From the IMG/VR virus record IMGVR_UViG_3300037484_001167, positions 1 through 62,011 of that record: DNA of 62,011 bases. One strand, written 5' to 3'. Shown here piece by piece: positions 56,800 to 62,011 of this stretch. A model generated the notes under the pieces. It saw only the letters and a list, made by a program, of their open reading frames with translations, was not told where the DNA came from and did no database searches. Positions within the stretch are counted from its first letter, which is position 1; every line of letters begins with the position of its first letter. The translations under genes were made by a program, and so were the position numbers. The stretch is from a virus (lineage: Duplodnaviria > Caudoviricetes).

Positions 56800-56942
56800 C
56801 GATGCCTGGATGGCAAGAGCTGCTCTTGATAGTCGTGGTCCTTCTCTTCCTCTTCGGGGGAAGAGCGGCGTCGCGGCTCGGCAAGGACCTCGGGGAATTC
56901 GTGAAGAGTCTCCGGGACATCGGGAAGGAGGGAACGAAGTGA
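56796..56942 (+). CDS. tatA: TatA/E-like twin-arginine translocase subunit (48 aa, below ORF-track cutoff)
   Basis: MTMPGWQELLLIVVVLLFLFGGRAASRLGKDLGEFVKSLRDIGKEGTK: TM helix, FG hinge, amphipathic LG..LG..K helix; AAGGAGG SD. Confidence 0.75.
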   Translation: MTMPGWQELLLIVVVLLFLFGGRAASRLGKDLGEFVKSLRDIGKEGTK

Positions 56943-57808
56943 GCTCGAGCATCGTCAAGCCGACGGGCAAGCTCCCGGAGCTCTACCGTACAAGCATGCT
57001 GAAGGCCGCTTACGGAACCGTCCTCGGTTACGGCCCCGCAGGTGCTGGGAAGACGCGCTCGATCAAGACGCTCGTCGCGCACAGGCTGAAGCCCCTGATC
57101 ATCGTTACGGAGCTCGGGCAGACCGGCGGACTCCTCTCCATCGCGGCAGAGGACATTCCTTACGTCGTCGTACACACGCACCAGGAAATCCTCGATGTCA
57201 TCCGTGCGATGAAGAGGAAGCCGGACCGCGTCGAGTACGCGGGAGAGGAGGCTGGAGCCGTCGTCCTCGACTCGATCACGCAGTGGGGGGAGTTCCCCCT
57301 CGAGCGGTACATGGCCCTGAAGGGCTGGAGCGACCTCCACGGACCCGTCGAGAAGGGCCAGGGCAAGGACCCGCGGACCGCCTACGGCTTCCTCGCGGAG
57401 AAGGGGCGGCAGCTGTACAAGGAGCTTTTCGACTTGCACTGCCACCTCTACATCATCGCCCGCGAAGGACTCTTCGGAGGGGACGAGGGGGTCCCCCTCT
57501 TCAACGCACCGGAGTTGCCCGGGCAGAAGCTACCACGGGAGCTCCCAGGATGGCCGGACGCGACGGTACGCCTGCGGGTCATCAACGGCAAGTTCAAGAT
57601 GGTCACGAGAGGTGAGGGACTGACCCCCGCACGTGTTCGCCTCTCCGAGAGCGTTAAGCAGCTGCCGATTCGCTGCGAGCCCGACATCGGTGCTCTGATC
57701 AAGTACATGATCGGAGACGAGTCTGTGTACCCGCTCCTGGCTCCTGCGGGTGCACCGAAGGACGAGAAGGAAGAGGAGCCGCCCGCTGCTGCAGCGCAGA
57801 ACGCGTAG
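56939..57808 (+). CDS. AAA_24/Sak4-like ATPase recombinase
   Basis: YGPAGAGKT, VVLDSIT; flanked by exonuclease and SSB-like gene. Confidence 0.8.
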   Translation: MSSSIVKPTGKLPELYRTSMLKAAYGTVLGYGPAGAGKTRSIKTLVAHRLKPLIIVTELGQTGGLLSIAAEDIPYVVVHTHQEILDVIRAMKRKPDRVEYAGEEAGAVVLDSITQWGEFPLERYMALKGWSDLHGPVEKGQGKDPRTAYGFLAEKGRQLYKELFDLHCHLYIIAREGLFGGDEGVPLFNAPELPGQKLPRELPGWPDATVRLRVINGKFKMVTRGEGLTPARVRLSESVKQLPIRCEPDIGALIKYMIGDESVYPLLAPAGAPKDEKEEEPPAAAAQNA

Positions 57809-57826
57809 AAAGGAAGGGAGTTTCCT

Positions 57827-58255
57827 ATGGTGATGATTCCGTCTCCTCCGCCCCGTCTGGGCGACATGCCCACCGCCGAGCCCGTACCGGAGAACATCTA
57901 CCACATCCGGTGCGACAAGGCGACGTACAAGAGGTCCGGGCCCAACTCGAAGAACCCGGGCACGGGGATGGCGGAGGTGCAGTTCACGATCTTCGGGCCC
58001 GAGGAGCTCGAGGAGTTCCACGGACGCAAGGTCTTCGACAACCTGATGCTCGGCGGCGAGGGGATGTTCCGGACCCGCATGTTCCTCGAGGCCGCCGGGC
58101 AGGACGAGGAGTTCGTGCTCGACGACACCGACCTGCTCCTCAACCTGGAGTGCGGCGCCGTCGTCGAGGTCGAGCCCGAGCGCGAGGACCCCGACAACCC
58201 CGGAAAGAAGTTCGGGGCTCGGAACCGCATCGTGAAGTACATCCCGATCGAGTAG
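57827..58255 (+). CDS. DUF669-like ssDNA-binding protein
   Basis: PVPENIYH, GRKVFDNL, RNRIVKY. Confidence 0.7.
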   Translation: MVMIPSPPPRLGDMPTAEPVPENIYHIRCDKATYKRSGPNSKNPGTGMAEVQFTIFGPEELEEFHGRKVFDNLMLGGEGMFRTRMFLEAAGQDEEFVLDDTDLLLNLECGAVVEVEPEREDPDNPGKKFGARNRIVKYIPIE

Positions 58256-58349
58256 GGCGACGTAGTGGGTCTGCTTTCAGGTTCCTCGTCCCATTGTACG
58301 ACGGAACCTGCGTCCGCTACACAGTTGCAAGAACGGAGGGACCCGACGA

Positions 58350-58724
58350 ATGGCGAAGGCAAAGACGACGCTACCGAAGTACAAGGACCCGGAGCCGGTG
58401 ACGAAGTACGTGCTCCCAAGTGGAACCACGCGCTCAACGAAGGCGCCGTCGTTCCACCTGATCCCGCGGGTCGGGCTCGTGCGGATCGCCGATCGCTTCC
58501 AGCTCGGCCTCGAGAAGCACGGGGAGGGAAACTGGGAACGCTCGCTGCTGCGTCGAGAAGACGCGAAGGCGTTCGCAGTCGAGGCGTACAACCACCTCAT
58601 CGATCACGCCCTGAAGATGGCCGACGGCGACAACGACGGCGACCACGTCGGAGCGATCGGGTGGGCAGTCTGCGCGCTCGCGAAGGTCGAGGCGACGTTC
58701 GGCGTTCCGTGGCAGGAGCTCTAG
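58350..58724 (+). CDS. DUF5664 dATP/dGTP diphosphohydrolase-like protein
   Basis: RSTKAPSFHLIP....RIA.RF..G.EKHGEGNW, H...H, DH.GA..W. Confidence 0.75.
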   Translation: MAKAKTTLPKYKDPEPVTKYVLPSGTTRSTKAPSFHLIPRVGLVRIADRFQLGLEKHGEGNWERSLLRREDAKAFAVEAYNHLIDHALKMADGDNDGDHVGAIGWAVCALAKVEATFGVPWQEL

Positions 58725-58799
58725 GCTGCGGACGGAGTTCGAGCGCGTGCCCGAACTTCGTTCGGAGCGTCAGAGTTCCGAGGGAGGAGGCCTAGGTCA

Positions 58800-59063
58800 A
58801 TGAAGCCTTGCAAGCATCTCGACTACACGACGAAGTACGGTCCGGACATCCTACTCTGCGACCTGAAAGCCGATGGCTTCCCGGAGGTCCGGTTCTGGCT
58901 ACGCGGACCGAGGTGGACCGACAACGGACCGGGGGAGAAGCCCAACCCGAGCAAGGTCCAGTTCTGCGGTGCTGGTCGCGGTCGGATCAACGGCATCTTC
59001 CAGTGCTACCAGCCCGGCGAGATGTACTGCTACGAACCGGCGGAGGGGGCGAAGGAGCCATGA
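58800..59063 (+). CDS. Hypothetical Cys-containing protein
   Basis: GGAGG SD; coupled to queD. Confidence 0.6.
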   Translation: MKPCKHLDYTTKYGPDILLCDLKADGFPEVRFWLRGPRWTDNGPGEKPNPSKVQFCGAGRGRINGIFQCYQPGEMYCYEPAEGAKEP

Positions 59064-59485
59064 TCACAGCGACGCGGCGTCTCCAATACGCAATCGGGCA
59101 CCGTGTGCACAAGCACGAGAGCAAGTGCAGAGCACTTCACGGTCACAACTACGTGTTCTTCCTGACCGCACGTGCACCGGAGCTCGACGAGCTGGGCCGC
59201 GTCGTCGACTTCGGCGTGCTGAAAGAGCGCTTCGGCTCGTGGCTCGAGATGCACTGGGACCACGGGTTCCTTCTCTGGGAAGGCGACGAAGAAGCGATCG
59301 CTGCGGTCCGTATGGTCTCCGGGCAGAAGTGCGCGCTCCTCCCTTGGAACCCGACTGCAGAGAACATCGCTCGGTTCCTCCTCGAGGTTGTTGGTCCGCA
59401 GGTCCTCGAGGGCACGCACGTCGAGCTCGTACGTGTCGTCGTCTACGAGACCGAGAACTGCATTGCGGAGGTGGTTCGTGCGTGA
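59060..59485 (+). CDS. queD: 6-carboxy-5,6,7,8-tetrahydropterin synthase
   Basis: GHRV..H.SKC..LHGHNY, VVDFG, WDHGFL, NPTAENIA, VYET. Confidence 0.95.
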   Translation: MITATRRLQYAIGHRVHKHESKCRALHGHNYVFFLTARAPELDELGRVVDFGVLKERFGSWLEMHWDHGFLLWEGDEEAIAAVRMVSGQKCALLPWNPTAENIARFLLEVVGPQVLEGTHVELVRVVVYETENCIAEVVRA

Positions 59486-59825
59486 AGACAACGTCCTGAA
59501 CACACCGGAGGCCATCGCCTTGACCGAGCGCCTCGAAGCGAATCGACGTCTCATCGACGAGCTCGGAGCACAGGCGCTTCGTGAGGGGCAACCCTCCCTG
59601 GAAATCCAGAAGCAGATGATTCAGGCGGTCTTCGAGCAGATCAAGGACGTGAGCGGGGTCATGCTCCTCTCGGGACGGTGCAGGCACGCAGTCTGCTTTG
59701 CAGAGCTGGCCACGGAGACGATCAGTGAACTGCGCAGGCAGATCGAGGCACTGGCAGGGTTCACCGCGATCTTCGTGCTCTCTACGATGACCTCGGGACG
59801 GAAGGAATTCGAGCACGAGCAGTAA
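59478..59825 (+). CDS. Hypothetical protein
   Basis: GTG start after GGAGG, overlapping queD end. Confidence 0.5.
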   Translation: MREDNVLNTPEAIALTERLEANRRLIDELGAQALREGQPSLEIQKQMIQAVFEQIKDVSGVMLLSGRCRHAVCFAELATETISELRRQIEALAGFTAIFVLSTMTSGRKEFEHEQ

Positions 59826-59839
59826 GGAGGAGGAAGCCT

Positions 59840-60118
59840 ATGCACTTGCTTCGGAGTTTCCAGGCGCTGTTGCGGCGTGAGCACAGCGACGTCGACGAAG
59901 CCATGCTCAAGCGCCTGAACCAGGAGGAGTGTCGACTCCGCCGCCTCGATCTCGAGATGAGCGACGACAAGGAAGCGCGGCAGCGGATCAAGGATCGGAT
60001 GGTCCAAGGAGTCGCGTGTACGCACCTAGCATGGTTCCAGGATCATCAGCGCAAGCGTAAGCAGCCGCGACGGAACAGGAACATCGTCACGATGCCGTTG
60101 CGGAAGGTAGAGCCGTGA
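59840..60118 (+). CDS. Hypothetical basic protein
   Basis: AAGGAGG SD. Confidence 0.55.
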   Translation: MHLLRSFQALLRREHSDVDEAMLKRLNQEECRLRRLDLEMSDDKEARQRIKDRMVQGVACTHLAWFQDHQRKRKQPRRNRNIVTMPLRKVEP

Positions 60119-60367
60119 TGCCGCAGCGTGAAAGGCGTCTTGCGTTCTCCTTCAAGCAGCTCCAGCTCGCGAAGGTCGTCGACCACATCGCCAGTACGGT
60201 TGAAGATGTCGAGCGTCGTGACCAGCTCCGCCTTCAAGCAGTCCTTTGGGGGCGTGGAACCTACTTGGACGACGTACTTGTCTTTGTGCTCACAGACTCT
60301 TTGCACTGCTCCCTCCTCCGGCTGTTAGTTCTCGCTGGGCGGGACCGCGGGCCTGAAAGGATATGCT

Positions 60368-61135
60368 ATGAGCCTGATCGACACCGTGAACCGCATGGAG
60401 AAGATCGACGCAGCGCGTTCGCCAATGGAGCGTTGCGCCGGGCGGGTCTACTGGGATGCTATCCGTCGGCAGCTCCGGCAGGTGGACGACCTGGCGACTC
60501 AGCTCGCGAAGGCGCACGCTTACCTCGACATGTTGGGCGCTCGGTCCGAGGGCGGGGATCTCCAGAAACGGGTTGAGCATATTCATCGCAAGGCCGAGGC
60601 CCAGCTTGCGGAGGCACATGGCCGGCTGGAAAGGGCAGAGCTACGCCATCTTCGGGAGATTGGGCAAGAAAACCGCCTTCGACTAGAAGCTGAGGCCCGG
60701 CTGGCGGAGGCACAGGGCCGGCTCTTCCCAATCCAGGGCGGACCCGCGATCCCATGGTCAGTGATCAGTCCGTTCGAGGACCAGGCGCAGCGCAACCACG
60801 ACCAGTCGCTTCAGCGTCTCGCGGAGCGAGGAGGACTCGGGCCGGAGGAGGCGATCAGTGTCTTGACTAACACGCGATACGGTGCGTGGGCCGAGGAGTA
60901 CGTCGCCGCGCACGACATTCCGGCGACACGCGCCGGTAGTGAACAGATCCGGCGGGCCGCGAACGCCAGACTACTGGAGATCGTACGGGAGCGACAGGCC
61001 AACCCGCGGGCCGAACAGGTCGAGGCCACGCTGCGCGATGTGGTGAAGGCGCTGCGCGATCCGACGCTACAGCCGAGTACGCGGGTTGAGCAGGCTCTTG
61101 CCGCTGCGCAGCCTGCGAGCCCGGGGGAGCCATGA
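60368..61135 (+). CDS. Mosaic coiled-coil hypothetical protein
   Basis: Shares KAEAQL and ALAAAQPASP motifs with 36..572 and 61132..61617. Confidence 0.7.
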   Translation: MSLIDTVNRMEKIDAARSPMERCAGRVYWDAIRRQLRQVDDLATQLAKAHAYLDMLGARSEGGDLQKRVEHIHRKAEAQLAEAHGRLERAELRHLREIGQENRLRLEAEARLAEAQGRLFPIQGGPAIPWSVISPFEDQAQRNHDQSLQRLAERGGLGPEEAISVLTNTRYGAWAEEYVAAHDIPATRAGSEQIRRAANARLLEIVRERQANPRAEQVEATLRDVVKALRDPTLQPSTRVEQALAAAQPASPGEP

Positions 61136-61617
61136 GCGAGCGCCAGTACTTAGCCGAGGAGAATGCAAAGCTGCGGGCTGAGGTGGAGCTGCTACGCGGC
61201 TGCCATTCGGGCTGCCCCTGTCAGGCGTGCGGAGAGGAATTCCGCGAAGACGTCATGCTGCCGGACGCGATGTGGAATGAGATCCGGCCGCACGGGAAGC
61301 CTCCTGGTGGGGGACTTCTGTGTGGACGATGCATCGGACTCCTCATGTTCGGTCGGCTGCAACTAGCACAGGATCGATTCGCACAACTCCAGGAAGCCGC
61401 GACGCAAGCGGATTCGAGAGCAGACAAGGCCGAGGCCCAGCTCGCGCAGGTGGTGAAGGAGGGTGAGGGCTTAGTGGCGATGACCTATGTGCTTCTTGGA
61501 CAGATTAAATGTGACGATGATTTTCTGCGCGCGGAGTTTCACACCAAGAAAGCAAGGGACAAATGGCGCGCCGCCCTCGCCGCCGTGCAGCCCGCGAGCC
61601 CGGAGGGGAAGCCATGA
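61132..61617 (+). CDS. Mosaic Zn-finger/coiled-coil hypothetical protein
   Basis: CQAC...W....GGLLCGRC; alternative C-terminus relative to 36..572. Confidence 0.7.
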   Translation: MSERQYLAEENAKLRAEVELLRGCHSGCPCQACGEEFREDVMLPDAMWNEIRPHGKPPGGGLLCGRCIGLLMFGRLQLAQDRFAQLQEAATQADSRADKAEAQLAQVVKEGEGLVAMTYVLLGQIKCDDDFLRAEFHTKKARDKWRAALAAVQPASPEGKP

Positions 61618-61835
61618 ATCGACGTGATTTGCTGTCGGGAGCAGTCTTGGCTGTTGGACAGCGCGAGACTCCTCTACACGATTGTGAGGCTGCCTCGGTT
61701 GACCTTGGCGGGATAGCCGTCTGGAATGACCGCGACCCCTACATTCCCGTGGTGTCCGGCTATCCTGGCCTACGCCTCATGCTGTGCGAGAGGTGTGACA
61801 AGCTGTGGGTCAAGCGGAAGGCCGAGGGGAAGTGA
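61614..61835 (+). CDS. Small protein with Tat-like N-terminus
   Basis: MNRRDLLSGAVLAVG; ATGA overlap with upstream gene. Confidence 0.5.
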   Translation: MNRRDLLSGAVLAVGQRETPLHDCEAASVDLGGIAVWNDRDPYIPVVSGYPGLRLMLCERCDKLWVKRKAEGK

Positions 61836-62011
61836 TCTGCTCAGCCTGCGGGCGCCGATGGGTGCTTGTTCGGGACGAGGAGCCTGCGACGCTCTGTCCT
61901 ACCTGCCGGCGGGGTATGCTCCCTCTATCGCTGCTCGTCGGCGGCAAGCCCGTGAAGTCTGCGCCTCCGCGCCCGAAGGGCTAACTGCTTGTAGGGCGTG
62001 ATACCATCGAC

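Noticed and set aside
58261-58345. HDV-like ribozyme or preQ1 riboswitch (UUCCUCGU loop, G-U start of P1)
   Set aside because: Lacks the GG needed for P1.1, a clear P2 and an A-rich preQ1 tail. A simple CAGGUUCC/GGAACCUG hairpin explains it.
58350-58724. 2-aminoadenine (Z-genome) system suggested by DUF5664/MazG
   Set aside because: No PurZ/PurA-like gene was recognised; the que genes point to deazaguanine instead.

Overview
This window looks like a near-complete, GC-rich siphovirus-type phage genome. Bases 1-127 exactly repeat 61310-61436, which suggests a ~61.3 kb circle plus a 575-bp alternative branch. The + strand arm (50.2-62 kb, continuing into 0-10.1 kb) carries replication and nucleotide-metabolism genes: a UDG-fused family A DNA polymerase, ATP-dependent ligase, DnaQ and PD-(D/E)XK nucleases, Sak4-like ATPase/SSB, MazG and DUF5664 dNTP pyrophosphatases, a dispersed 7-deazaguanine pathway (folE, queD, queE, queC and a TGT/DpdA-like gene) and a TatA-like gene. 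The - strand arm (15.2-50.2 kb) carries a helicase-like ATPase, terminase, portal, MuF, capsid, a glycosyl/methyl/sulfotransferase cluster, lysis and tail genes. No integrase, tRNA or CRISPR was seen. The most striking feature is a leftward operon of tiny ORFs (10.15-13.3 kb). Its junctions carry six circularly permuted (type-P5-like) twister self-cleaving ribozymes, with freely varying but paired P1/P4 stems and a compensatory change in the T2 pseudoknot. They also carry three copies of a second, unidentified conserved stem motif. The arrangement suggests an RNA-encoded system that cuts a polycistronic early transcript into short one- to few-gene RNAs with 5'-OH and 2',3'-cyclic-phosphate ends, which could potentially be circularised. 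All protein calls come from motif recognition by eye; no database searches were run.
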